A stretch of DNA of 60,137 nt, filler included, from Hausera hauseri (GCA_046269625.1; 11 parts of 11 records of this genome joined end to end with filler, not necessarily neighbours in it); one strand, 5' to 3'. Positions 38,167-51,190 are shown, counted from the first letter of the whole stretch. Notes: generated by a model not told the origin, from the letters alone. Program-made: numbers and translations.

Positions 38167-38662
38167 TATTTACATATTGCAGCGAATAACAATGAGATAC
38201 CCATCAGAGAGGGTTGACAATTATAAAAGATGAACGAAGGTAACAATCGAAATTAATCTATTTATAAAATTACTACACCAATGAAACTAAAACAACTACC
38301 AATGTATATTATTAAAAGTTGTCACAAATAATTTGTCAAAAAGGAGATTGAAAAGAGTAATGTTGCAAACAATTTGTCTCTCGAATCAAGAGTAACGAAT
38401 GTTCATATGAGTCCCTCCAGTTGAATAGTGAATCCTAACAATTGGAATAAATCCAGAGTTTTTAAAGTGTTTATTTATCCAATATCTAAACAAATTTAAA
38501 ATAAATAATAATTTGCTTATTATTTATTTTTGCTGCTCCATTACTCACATATTATATTTAAGNNNNNNNNNNNNNNNNNNNNNNNNNNNNNNNNNNNNNN
38601 NNNNNNTTAATTAATTAANNNNNNNNNNNNNNNNNNNNNNNNNNNNNNNNNNNNNNNNNNNN

Positions 38663-40811
38663 AATGGGACTCATTCCAAGGAAGACAAAGTCGGTTTAGC
38701 ACATTTGTATTTAACAGTAGGGATTTCCACGATTACAAGCTGAAATTTCGCATAGCCGCTTTACCCGCGAAACTAATGGTTGAAGTAACCGAAGAGGAAA
38801 CAACGACCACTTCATTGCCGCCATTAGAATTCAGACAAAGGCCCACTGAAGAAGAACAAGACGCGCACCTACACTCATTTAGACTAGTGAAAAATGACAG
38901 AAATATTAGGATTATCGCGATAAATTATGGGGAAGGAGACGAAGGAAATTATATTCCAATTGAAATATCTATACGAGAAATAAACGGGGCCGAAGTCTAT
39001 TCGAAAATCATTAACCCAAGAAAGAAAGTAGAAAAAACCTATGCAGAAGTAATCGGAATAAAAAGAGAACAGTTAATCCACGGCAAGGATTCCAGATTAG
39101 TGCAAGAGGAAGTAGCACATTGCCTATACGGATACGTCATAGTGGGGTATCAAGTAGAAAGAATGATAGAAAAATTAAACATACCAGCAACTCAAATAGC
39201 CGGAATGAGAGATATAGAGACCCACCCAACTGTGATTGAACAAATGGAAATCAAGGTCAAAGAGTTGAAGGGTCATCTACCGCCGACCGTGAAAGGCCGA
39301 TTTAAATTAATGGTAGAAGCAATGACTGGAGGACACATTAAGATAAGCCGACTGCTGACCGCTAGTCAATTCTCCTAATATCTAATGGACATAAATGCAG
39401 GATTAAAGTAGGAATATGAGTGGACCCCCAGTAATCCTGGACAAAACCTACGAAGTCTCCCCAAACTCGAAGGAATCAGTACACGATATAGAAAACATTT
39501 CCCTCCATATTCCCGCCAAAAAATGTTGATATCACGCCGAAGTGGAATTATCAGATAACCATCCAAGGATTAAAATCCGAAAGAACGGAAGAAAAACTGC
39601 CAACAGACGAGAAGCCTAGTACTAGTTTCGCAACTTAGACGGCCGAAAATCGTGGCGAGTTCAAGGTACCAGAAGTTCCCAAAAAACGCATTAAAAAGGA
39701 AGAAAAGACCAAAGGAAATGAAATCGAAAAAACGATAAAAAAAACTTCCGTCTTCGATTATCTATTCAAGAAAAAGAGTAAAGAAAGAGAGAGGGACCAA
39801 GAACAGGATTGTGAATACAAAAGTAAGAAGCCAACCTGCAAAATGGATGGACTAAGTAACCAAGAGGAACACATAACTAATCAACAAAGAACAAAGCAAG
39901 CTAAAGAAACAAGGGGCGAATAACGGAAATAAATATATTAAGGAAGAAAAACTCCACGGACGATGTACATTACGCCACTACGGAGAACTACCCTAGAATG
40001 CTGGTAACAACAGAATACTATAGTCAACAAAGGATTAAAGAGGCCATGTTTTTCGTCAAATTTATGCCCGCAAGGCAAGTATACGAGAACACTTATGTCT
40101 GGGAAAATCCTAAAGTCGGAAAATACGTTGCTGCTGTATTTTAGTCAAAAATAAATGGCAAACTTATAGTTCCCTAAACAAATCCGTAAAGTTGTTACTC
40201 AAGAAACAATATCAAAAATACCGATCGACTGGTGAAATTCCCGATTTAAATCGAGATACTATCAGCGATTGGACCCTAGTACCCGTGTGATGCGATCCCA
40301 AGAAGAGTTCAATAAATCCAAAACAGAAGAGAATATATGCCTATTTATACCAGGATGAAGAAGGATTGATAATAGAACCTATCGAGATTATGATAAGAGT
40401 TGCTTGAACCACGAAAATTTGGAGAAAGGAGAAAAAGAATGCCCAGTGTGCGAAGCTAACCTCAAACAAGGCTATGTGATTTTGGACAATTCGAACTGTC
40501 GACATAAATATTGTCGAGATTGTTTAGAAAAGTGGATATTAGATAACGGCAAAACTACATGTCCAGTCTGTAGGGCTGAAGCCACACACCTGAAATATTT
40601 TTCAAATGGGATTTATACTAGGGTAGTTAGAATAAAACCATACCACAGTTACGAATTGGAAATAAGTCCCAGAGAAAACCAAGCCAGTACAAGCTCCGAA
40701 CTCAGTTTAAGACAACGGATGAGCTTATTACGATCATCGCGTTTAGGCGTCACCTCTCCTGACACAATGGACACATCCGAGGGTGCCGCTCAAGGAGGAG
40801 AAATGTTATAA
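38663..40811 (+). pseudogene. Retroelement 3' accessory polyprotein: inactive DEDDh exonuclease fold, charged linker, unknown domain, C3HC4 RING
   Basis: PIEISIREINGAEVYSKIINPRKKV......IGI...L..G.....V...V...L.GYVIVG...RD; CPVC-x15-CRHKYCRDC-x12-CPVC; ends in PPT. Confidence 0.8.
40404..40811 (+). CDS. C3HC4 RING finger domain (putative E3 ligase), polyprotein C-terminus
   Basis: All eight Zn ligands and the conserved Trp present. Confidence 0.88.
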   Translation: MNHENLEKGEKECPVCEANLKQGYVILDNSNCRHKYCRDCLEKWILDNGKTTCPVCRAEATHLKYFSNGIYTRVVRIKPYHSYELEISPRENQASTSSELSLRQRMSLLRSSRLGVTSPDTMDTSEGAAQGGEML

Positions 40812-40882
40812 ATAGAGTAGACAATAGACCAGTGTACATATTATTACTGAAGTTAGCTGTAGTCAGATAATAAAAGTATTGA
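40804..40882 (+). repeat. Start of 3' LTR (interrupted)
   Basis: PPT AAGGAGGAGAAA at 40792-40803, then TGTTATA. Confidence 0.7.
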
Positions 40883-41615
40883 TGTTATAGTTGGGGTGGT
40901 CCTTACCTTCTCCCACTATAACAATATTAATTTCAATTTAGATTCGCTCTATGAGCAGGTTAGGATTACTCGTTCTCGAGTAATCTGATTGTGCCTTAAG
41001 ATTTTAAAAAGAAATTAGTTTTTGATGCCGGTACTGCGTGCAATAAAACTGCGTGTCTTAAGTTAGATTCTCTCAACCTAGCTATAGAATTTAAGTAAGA
41101 TTTTACCCTTAGTGTAGTGCAAATCGTCCTTAAGGGACGATGGAAAACTATATGGGATTTTAAATAACGATGAAATAACAAATCACCTTTTATTTGATGT
41201 ACTGACAATTCGATACAACAGTGTTTCTCAAGGAGAATAATTCACGATAATAATGTCAATCGATTTCCAAATAAGCGTAAGTCGGTTCACGGAATGGCGT
41301 ATTGCTTCTTTAAATTTCTACGTTGTACGACTCTAATTCGTACTCTCAATCGTTCTACTCTCACTGTTTTTCAATCTTCTTATATACTATTCTGACCGGA
41401 TTCCGATTTCTAATTATTTACAATTGTTTTACCTTATTTCTACATTCTAATTAAATTATCCAATTTTAACCAATTCACATTTAATAATCAATTTAATCAA
41501 TTCATAAACAGAGGTTCCAAATTATGTACACAATTACGCAAACGGATATTTATCCAATTAATTTTCTGTACGGCCATGATTCGACTTCCGTACTGTTTAT
41601 TGACCTTTTATTACA
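40883..41615 (-). repeat. Inverted LTR related to 56306-57093
   Basis: Reverse complement shares GATTACTCGAGAACGAGTAATCCTAACCTGCTCA, CGAATTAGAGTCG and the terminal hairpin; TGT...ACA termini. Confidence 0.85.
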
Positions 41616-41619
41616 CTAA

Positions 41620-44210
41620 TATTTGTTTAATGAAAAACAATGCCTCTCTTAAAGTTCATGTTAATAGATGCAAACCGGCAGCTAAAGAAAGCAAGCTTAG
41701 AAGAGATGAACAAAACACAGTAAGAAGTATTAGTGATAAAGCCATGAAAACAAAGCCAACACAAAAGCTTTATGAAATGAAGAAATATCTCATAATAATA
41801 ATTCTTATGCTTATTTCCCAAACCTTAAGCCAGGTGACAAAACAAAAAGTTGAGCATGCAAAAATTCGATATGCAATAGCTATCAATAAAGATTTATTGT
41901 TAAGGAGCTTACGATACCGAGTGATATATTCGAGTAAAAGCCAAAAATGTATTATATGATATACTCTAAGATAGATGGACTCCGGTTACTTAATAAGAAT
42001 TGAAATGATACCTTACGATGACGGTCAAAGGAACCCTAGTAAACAACAGCACAATTGTGTAGGCCATCCTTGGATAAATGAAACCCAATGTGTTGTGGAA
42101 AATTCATGAATTTATAATGTCTTCCTTTCATAAAGAAGAAAGTAAACTATTATCAAAGTCGATTTACTAAATTAGCGAAAGTTATAAGAGTTCCCACTAG
42201 GCATGAAATGAATCAGACATTACTGGACGAAATAATAATAACACAGTTATCGGCTAGGTCAATCGGGTTTAAAGGTGGAAGAAGTTGTATAGAAGTAGCT
42301 AGTATGATAGAACTAGAATATATACGATGGATAACCATAGTTATAAAAGAGATGAATGCCCAAAAGGGTATAGTTACAAAATGTAAAATAACAGATGAAC
42401 AACAGAAAGTCTGCTGTAATGTCACTAGAGGAAAAATATATGAACTAGACAATATGATTTCTCGAAAGAAATATGGAAAATTTCAAGGCAGATTAAAGAG
42501 GAAAGGTCCAACAATGTATAAGATATCAAAATCGGATTGAATATGAAGAAAAAGGAGAAAATATTTCGATACCAGCTATGCATTCTTCATTGAATAAAAA
42601 GAGTAAAGAGAGATGACTATTTTAATTAGGCCATACGCATCGTATTACCGACAAAAACGTTCAATATGGTAAAACATAACGATCACAGCGGCGTCGACCG
42701 CACTAATAATATCTTTAAAACCAGATCTTGATTTCTCGAAAGTAAAGTTCACATGCAAGATAAGAGAAACAATAGTAGCAACAGGAGACATAACACCAGA
42801 CGACCTAGTAGTACCATGCGCTGCATTAACCCCAAATACTGTTCGACAATACTAATAAAATAGTTTCTACAAAAATTGTAACAGCTCAAACAAAAAACGA
42901 AGTAGAAATAAAACTACCTTTTAAGAAAGCGATTGTTAGCCAGTCGATGACTATTATGCCTTTGCATTAACTATTATCTAAACTCTATTTTTACATTATC
43001 TAACGAGATCCAGTCTATACAGCTCTCCAGGCGTTGGTTCGACAATACCCACAAACATTTATTGAACGCAAACCGAACCAGTATTACACAGTGCTACATG
43101 ACAATACATTCTCATTAAACTACCCCCAAGTACAGCAGATCCCAAACAACTTAAAGGGCTATAACATGGCCATTCCATCAATGGCGCTAATACATCTCAC
43201 AAAAACCACCTATTTCTTTCTAAAGGACCTGATCATTATGCCAGAAAATTATCATTGTTCAAATTTACAATATAGTTGGGACGTTTGAAATAAAAACGAA
43301 AGAAGTAAAAACGATAATAACTGGCGATCTTATAAATCTAGACCAGTGCTACGGAATATCTATCGATTTTGTCTTTGCAATTAAGAATGCCGTAAAAATC
43401 AGGTCCCTCTCCAGTCTAATTGTACTTGGTGTTGGTCATCAAAACTGAAAAATCATGGCCAACAAATCCCGCGTGTAATTGTTTTAACCTCCTCGAAGCC
43501 AACTATCTAAATATGAAAGAAAAATCCTATAGTCGAACCGTAAAAGTTAATCCCGACAATTGTATTATAGTGGCCGTCAAGCTGGCATATGACAAATATA
43601 ACCAAATGCAGCCAATTGAATATTCAGTCGTGAAACCCAATGGAGATCCAGTTTTTTATACATTAATAACGCCTCGACAACGGATAAATAACTACGACAC
43701 CCACGTAACCGGACTAACGGATTTACAGATAGCCAATCAGATGGACGTCCAGCAGTTCTACGCCAAAATTTGGGAAATTCTCACAGAGAAGATGGTCATC
43801 GGGGCCGATGTAATAAACACTATTTCCACTTATTTGAAATGTCCATTACGGAGAATCGTAGGAATTCGTGATATTTTATATCATGAAGAGATTCTCCGTA
43901 AATACCCAATGGATTCTGTTAACCCACGTGAGCTAGCAAGAAAATTCCATAAAACACGGAGCATGCCATTATGAGGCACAGTAATGGTCCAATGTTTTTA
44001 AGCCTTATACCGCACATTACAGTGATCAGATGAAATTATAGATGAGAGGACGGCTCCCGAAAAGGTGTTAAAAACACCACCTACAGTACCTAACAAAAAG
44101 AGAAGGCTAAACATGGAGGTTTTGATAGACGGAGAAATCTATACAATGGACGCCATCCGCTACAAGGCACCATCCGGAAGGACAATTTTTCTTCCACCAC
44201 AATCGTAAAT
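41620..44210 (+). pseudogene. Integrase C-terminus followed by secreted/membrane accessory polyprotein with FN3-like and inactive exonuclease domains
   Basis: VHVNRCKP, then MKKYLIIIILMLISQTLSQ; KFTC...TGDITPDD...C..LTPNT; IPNNLKG; TLITPRQRINNYDTHVTGL...IRDILYHEEI, all homologous to 25502-27896. Confidence 0.75.
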
Positions 44211-44242
44211 TGACGACAATTTCTTTGATCCCCCATCGTTTT

Positions 44243-44938
44243 TGTTGAACGACCTCCATATATTGACTGGCTATTGATTTTAATGAGTCCAATTCCATAT
44301 GTTGAATTGCAGTAATAATTAAACGCCATGTTAAATGACTATTGTTCTTAATATGACTTCGATTATATTGCTCCGAATTATAATGTGGTTTATGACTATT
44401 ATATTTTTGTCTGTATTTTGAGACGACATATGTCAATATTATTCTTCTTGTGACGGTAGTAAAACACTAAATAATGTGATCATTTGGGAATAAATTGAAC
44501 AATTTTTCTTGATTCGTGTCGTTGCCTATATGCTCCATGTCAAGTTGTAAGATTTATTATTTGAATTATATAATGTATTTTAATATTGTTTTTTAATTCA
44601 TTGTATATTTATAATTTTAAATTAAGTAATTTTCGCAAAGCGCATTCAGTAATTAGCACAAGTCCCGACACACGGTCGGTCCGACGCCCCTTCAAGTAAC
44701 TAAGTAAGAGGAACATTAATTAAACCTTAGGAACTTACATAACATATATCATTGTCCTCTACACATTACCCATAGGTTAGGTATAGCCAAGATGACATAT
44801 CTATCTGAATCCTACGGAAGCACAATAAATCTTGTTCACTTTACTACTTCTCATACGTATTAATAAGCCTCTCCTATTGGAATTAGTGAGGATTGAACAC
44901 TTTACTTGCAATTTTTGTTTCATATTACCAATCAACAT
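44243..44938 (+). repeat. Probable LTR
   Basis: TGTTGA...TCAACA termini directly after the accessory ORF; no clear PPT. Confidence 0.5.
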
Positions 44939-45919
44939 AAAATTTTCGTAACAAACCCTGACTATAAATAAATCAAAATATTTTATCCACTATTTTTGTT
45001 AAAAAAGGTCCTTATTGCGAAAAAACCCACATATAAAATTTAGCAAATATTCAGTTCCTTCCAAAAAACAATCAATCAATTTCAGCGACAAAAATTCCTT
45101 TCAAGGCACATGATTTGTGTCTCATTGAACAGCCGATATTCTGATACCAAAATGTTGTTCAATCACGAAATTAAAGTATTGATTCTGAACTCATGATAAT
45201 GGAAATCTAACAACCGTTACTTACGGATGAAATCGCAATAGAAGAATTTGATTAATCTGCTTTTTAACAGCAGCTATTTTAATGCTTAAATTAAATTACT
45301 AATATACATATCGTATTATGGCGTGTATAATACGCAAGTTATGCATGGTGCAATATTATATACGTCTTACAAACGTATAAAGGTTTTCTAAACTGCATCT
45401 ACATAAATTCTTTGAATATAATTTCAAATATGCAATGAGATTTTCTCAGTCAGGTCAAGTTTTAATTCTATAATCAATTATAATTATCTATTACAATTTG
45501 AATGCACACTCGACATGATTGAGGAAAATGAGTTACATATTTGAAATCAGCAAAAGAGTGGATTAGAAACAACTAAGAAGGAAACGAATTTTACTGTAAA
45601 TCTGGATTTTTTACAACAAATAGTCCGAGAGATGTGCAAAATATAATGATGATTAATAATATGAAAAAACATTTTGCCGAGAAAGCTAAAATGGTACTTG
45701 TTTGTTATATCCCCACCACTCTTTAAATAAAGCAGGTACCCGATGCAATGAATTTTTTATCTCCATGAATTTAATGTTGCAATGTGTCACGCTTCGTGCC
45801 CGTGTTTTAATAATCTTAAATTCTGCCACATTATTCATATTACATTATTTTGTTAACATTCATATTTCTGTTCGTCAACTGTCATGATGAATTTTATTCG
45901 TCTTATTAAAATAGTTCAA

Positions 45920-46166
45920 TGTTTTTGTGCGAATGGGCATTTGATGACATTGAGCTTAGCAGATAGCTCTGACCGTTTGAGGTGCAATTGCCGAGAGTGT
46001 CATTCTGAAATAGGTTTGTGGAAGGATACATGGCTGGGGAAAGAGAAACTTCCCTTTCATAAAATTATCTACTTCATTTATTGGTGGTCTCGTGAAAAGA
46101 TCAGTGTCAAATTTTGTGAATTGGAACAAGAAATTGGACAAAATTCTTTCGTCGATTGGAGTAATT
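45920..46166 (+). mobile_element. Merlin (IS1595/ISXO2-like) transposase N-terminal remnant
   Basis: C..GH.M.L...C.C..C...I...KDTW.....L....I..IYWWS...CELE..I.....VDW.N. Confidence 0.8.
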
Positions 46167-46266
46167 NNNNNNNNNNNNNNNNNNNNNNNNNNNNNNNNNN
46201 NNNNNNNNNNTTAATTAATTAANNNNNNNNNNNNNNNNNNNNNNNNNNNNNNNNNNNNNNNNNNNN

Positions 46267-46722
46267 ACTCCAAACCATTTTATAATAGGTGGACACAACG
46301 GTGAAACATCCTCAGAGATAACCGAAACGAGGAGGACCAGTTTGGCAGATAGATGAAGATATATACAAAATTTACTCAACGAATATTAGGATCGCTGGAG
46401 AAGTGAACTCCTGTCCGAATGGCGAATTTATGACAGAATAAAAGGAGAAAAGACAGAATTGAAAATCGGAGACAAAGTGTGGCTATTAGAAAAAAATGAA
46501 AAGTTAAATCACTGGCCGGTTGCAGAAATAACGAAGGTTTTTCCAGGGACAGACAACGTTATAAGAGTAGTAGAGCTAACACTGAACGGGGAAACGTATA
46601 AAAGGCTAGTGCATAAGTTGAGTAAAATAGAAAATGAGTTGGTTTGGATCGATACCGTGGAAGACGAATCTATTAGCCGGATTGCCCCAAGGAGGGGGGA
46701 AATGCTAGGACCCAATTGCTGA
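46267..46722 (+). pseudogene. BEL/Pao integrase C-terminal region
   Basis: TPNHFIIG, RWRSE.L, KIGDKV, WPVAEITKVFPG.DNVIRVV, YKR.VHKL. Confidence 0.92.
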
Positions 46723-48426
46723 TTGGGGAATCCGGCGAAACTCCGATCGAAAATCGAGATTAGGACAATAAGAGAGTATGTGTGGATGTGTGTGTGCATA
46801 GACTGTGTAAATAGGTATATTTGTACATAGGAGTGTGTAAATAGCTACGGCATGTTGAAAGTATATATTTGTACATAAGATTTAGTGTTTATAATGATAA
46901 TTGTGTGTGGTCCGGTTACAAAATGGGCACGTGTGATTGAAAAATGTAAAAATGTGAAATGCAAAATTGAAATGTGTTATGTAATCGTGACGCAACCCTT
47001 GTGGACGCTCATAAAGACAGAAAAGGAAGAGGAATACATATTAGTTATTAGATGTGTGTGAGTGTCTATAATAGATGCATAGAAAGAAAGAAGAAATAAT
47101 AATCATAAAGTGAAATATTACATATTGATAAATTAATATAGAATTAAAAAATTTAAAATTTGAATTTGATAAAGAAGAATGCGATTATGTTAAATAGGTC
47201 AAAACAAGATTATAAACAGTTATCCAGAATCAGGATATACAAATGCAGTTTCAAATATGAAAGAAGTGTTGAAGGTTCATGGAAGGTGGATGTGGGTCGA
47301 TTTAGAATTAATTTCCACGTGATAACAACGAAGATATTAAGTTTAATATCAAAAAAATGGTCAAAATGGAATTTATCTTCTTTTACTGACAAAGTTATTG
47401 TAATACATCTCTACTATGTTAACGACACAAATATCTTTACTACGATTGTGGAAGAGTTGGTAAATGATAACATGCCAGTTGATGTGATGTTAAAATCTGA
47501 CTTGAGTATACCGACCGAAGATCGAAACTTATGCTGTGGAATACGCAGACGAAATCTATCGACAATAATACTTAGACAAGGGCAAAATTTTAGAGGAAAA
47601 ATGAATCACCTGAGGGATTTAATTGTGAGGAAGTTTTTGTTATGGAATTATCGATGGTTCTCGTTATTATCGAAGGGACATTCTCTATTCGGTAGAACCC
47701 CTGTCATGATATACGATATTCTGTATGTCGTTAGTGGTGATCGCAGCGATCGAGAGAAGCTATGTAAAAGAGAAGGTACTGTTCATTATAATTGTTCTTT
47801 GTATTCCTTTTTGTTTTGTTTAATGGGTGGCAGCAGGGGTTGCGAAAAGCGAGTGCGTATGTGTGTACGTGTGATGGTAATTGATGGGTTTTATGCATTT
47901 ACGTGGGAACTAGATTTCGGGGTTAAGAAGGGAATCGTATGTGTTAGCCATTTTGAATTGGATAAGGAACAATATAAGGTCACAGACGGAAGATGTTTAA
48001 ATGGAGATGGTAAAAGTTATGGGCCTGGCTTAATAGAATACGCGCTTATTGGTGAATTGATTGAAGTTTTTGTGTGTTTGAATGATGAGACTGGTTTATT
48101 ATATAAAAGTAATAAAGATTCTCCAGAAGCAACTCAGGTGCAGATAACTACGAGGATTATCGAACCACCACCGAACCCAGAGAATATCCATTCCTGAAAT
48201 TAATAACAAACGAATCTATCACAAGCACAGAAAATCAAATAAAATATTCAACAAAAGGGAGAACCGATACTGACGTTGAGGATGACAATTGTTGGTATGA
48301 CTGTGGGTTTTGGTAACGATTCCCGATTTGTTCTGGACCAAATTTAATTTGTAAGATGGTAGTTTAATACCCGCATTTGTTGGGAGTTCTAACCCACCCT
48401 TGGAAAAGGTTACGCAACTCCCAACA
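46703..48426 (+). repeat. Long (~1.7 kb) BEL/Pao 3' LTR
   Basis: PPT AAGGAGGGGGGAAA, then TGCTAGGA ... TCCCAACA imperfect inverted termini; duplicated U3 motifs; AATAAA at ~48238; terminal hairpin. Confidence 0.7.
47187..48197 (+). CDS. Orphan ~336-aa protein encoded inside the LTR
   Basis: Uninterrupted ORF (open from 47160) in AT-rich DNA; no recognised domain. Confidence 0.65.
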   Translation: MLNRSKQDYKQLSRIRIYKCSFKYERSVEGSWKVDVGRFRINFHVITTKILSLISKKWSKWNLSSFTDKVIVIHLYYVNDTNIFTTIVEELVNDNMPVDVMLKSDLSIPTEDRNLCCGIRRRNLSTIILRQGQNFRGKMNHLRDLIVRKFLLWNYRWFSLLSKGHSLFGRTPVMIYDILYVVSGDRSDREKLCKREGTVHYNCSLYSFLFCLMGGSRGCEKRVRMCVRVMVIDGFYAFTWELDFGVKKGIVCVSHFELDKEQYKVTDGRCLNGDGKSYGPGLIEYALIGELIEVFVCLNDETGLLYKSNKDSPEATQVQITTRIIEPPPNPENIHS

Positions 48427-50969
48427 TCGGGAAAAAAATTTTTCATGTGGATTTTAAAACATAATCCAGACGTCGAACGTTCATACCATCCTTCGGAGAA
48501 AACACAAAACTGAATAATGCCGCAAATTCATTTAGTTGCAAGAGAGATAATCTCTATAAAATGGTACATGAAAGCATCAGACTCCATCATGAAAAATGAA
48601 AAGCAACAATATGGCAACAAAGTGAAAATGTTTAATCAATTATTGTTGTAAATAAAATTTGCAAGTTTGTAAAAACATTTTTCATATAACTATTATTTGC
48701 AAAAAAAACAGATCGGGTAAATCGACCGTGCAGTAGTCCTCAGCGCTCGTCTTATTCACACAAAATTTTGAGCGGCACTACATTACATAGTGGCACTACT
48801 ATGTAATAACATTTAGTAAATGTATTTTTGAATAAAGATTTTTTCTTTTACAAAGGTCATTGTAATGGTACGTCTTTCGATGGTTCAGTTACAAAGTCCA
48901 AGCGAATTCATTTCCGGTCAGCTGAAAGTGTCTAGAAAAGTTGATTCTAAATTCCTTCATCCTAGTATTTCGTATTAATTAGATCTGATATGTTTTTATA
49001 ATAAGCAATACTGCTAGTAGATAGATGATATAGAATTTATGGAAGACGAGATAAATCACTTTCTTATAATGAAATGTTATATTTTTAATCGAAAACTTGA
49101 GAAAATGGGATAATATAATTATCTGTCTACAACACCGGTACATAATTCTGACTCACTGCATTAAACAAATAAAGTCAGATTGATAAATCTGTTAAAAATT
49201 ACACAAAATGTCGAATGTTATTCAAAATGAAACAGCGGCATTTCCATTTGGATTGTAAAATGAATTACGCATAACGACTGTAATGATTTATAGAAATTCG
49301 CTTGCTTCTTAGGTTTGCTTTAAATGTCGATGAGAGTTGTTAAGTTTGTCAAATGAAGGAACAGAAAATCCATTTTCGTTTAGTTTTTCTGGATTCAAAC
49401 GGAATGAGGATTTAACGGGACATTGGAGTTGTGTTTTGTCAGTCGTGTGGCCATAAATAATCCATTAAACTTTGCTTTCCTTGTTATTATGACTTAATAA
49501 TAGTCAATTGCCTCTTGTTGTTTCTGGAATTTGACTGTGAGAAAAAACAAGACTTCTTTTTTTACAACAGTGTAGTTCTGATATTTTCCCATATTTATCA
49601 AACCTGTTGCCAACTTCCTATGTATTACTGTAAACCAGTTTTGAACCTTGAGTAGACACATTATAATAGCTGCTTGGAAGAGAAACTGATCAATAAGCTG
49701 ATTTCCATTGTTTACGGCATCTATAATACAACGGTGCTTTGAATAGTGGCGATCTTTTGATATGAGACGTAGTTTGAGTCCAAAATCGTTTATAAAGGTG
49801 ACTAATCGACCACCAACAACACGGGAACTGGAAGGCAGAGACCGTGTCGAATAGCACACCGATCTAACGGCTCTGAATTGTTAACCGGCTCCCAAAAGTG
49901 GTGGCGATGCCCGCAACCGCGGGACCACAATGATGACGATCCCGCCACTCATCAATTAGACATGGAATTGTCCATCGGCTCGTCTACACCGCGTGGTCTC
50001 ATCACAATGGCGTAGTCCGTCTGTGAGTTTCGAGATCGTAATTATTTGACACAGTTATCAGAATAGTTTTCATTAACGCTTACCTTCGTTTTGATTATGC
50101 TTTGTAAGGAGATTTAAAGCATGCAAATTTGGTTTGTTTCGTTGCACAATGAAACTTTTAGTATGACGATATGTTTTTTAATCTAACCACTAAGCACCAC
50201 ACCTCCCTCTCTCTCGAAAGTTACATTGTTTGTAACTGGCGCCTCGCCCTGTTGTGTCAGTTCTTTGCACTCAAATCAAACAAAACTCAGAAATTACCAT
50301 TCCCAAATAACAAACAGCAAAAAGGCCTCTTCTGTTAAAGTAGAAAATAACAGAACAAACAAAAACACCCATTCTTTGTTGAATTACCCAATCATCAAAT
50401 CATTCCACAACCAAGTCTCAGCAAAATTTGACCGCGTTCTTGTTGGTTCTGTTAGATCTGCTGTTTTCTTGTCGGGAATGTTTTGAACTGGTGCTACAAA
50501 AATGTTTGATCCACCACCGGGACCAGCAACTTTAATTACAGGTCGCATAAGCCAGCCTGGAAAACAGCACAGTTTGATGTCAGTTTCACCGTTTGAAAAC
50601 GGTCATTTACTTATAAAGAGGAAGCTGGACTGTAGTTTTTTTTAGAGCACTTTATATTCAGAAAGTTGGCCAGACTGGAGTGGAATAGGTTGCTGACATG
50701 GGTGGCAAACATATATCTCTCTTTCTATTTGCGTGTATTGGATTTGAATGTACAGAAACAGCGGGTGCGATCATCCGCACACATACACGCATTGGAAAAC
50801 ATAAAATAATCGTTAGGCGTTTAGTTCTGTCCGGGCGAAATGCCTGGTCTCAAAACTTACACACGTGCGCCAACCACCACAATCCACCAGCTGTGAATGG
50901 GTAGATACTAAGCTATTTGAATTAGTACCGCTCGGGCGAAAATCACTGTTTTTACACGACAATAAATTT

Positions 50970-51190
50970 TAGTCCTACCAGAAAATACATACAGGCATTA
51001 ACCTGGAACCCATGATGAAACATGAATAGTGAAGGACCACGGAATACATGGCGCAGAAACTTGGAGAAAAATTAAATAAAATGTTCTTGGCTACACCTGG
51101 AACCAGATATAAAGTAAGAACCAGGACATAAAAGCTCTTGTAGAAGACATAGGACCCAAAAAGGAGTCACAGAGCAGATAAGTAAGCAAG
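50970..51190 (+). mobile_element. RTE-clade LINE 3' remnant
   Basis: QALTWNP...GPRNTWRRNLEK...GYTWNQI...ALVED. Confidence 0.7.

Noticed and set aside
40404-40811. RING ORFs as host E3 ligase genes
   Set aside because: Intronless, terminate inside the PPT/LTR, and recur in the same retroelement context twice
49494-49859. 121-aa minus-strand ORF as a gene or transposase
   Set aside because: No diagnostic motif, and flanked by stops; unassignable by eye
49890-50030. GC-rich segment with ATGATGA as a C/D snoRNA or ribozyme
   Set aside because: No properly placed D box or ribozyme core found; insufficient support
50860-50910. CCAGCTGTGAATGGGTA as a SINE core domain
   Set aside because: Too short, and no clear A/B box tRNA head identified
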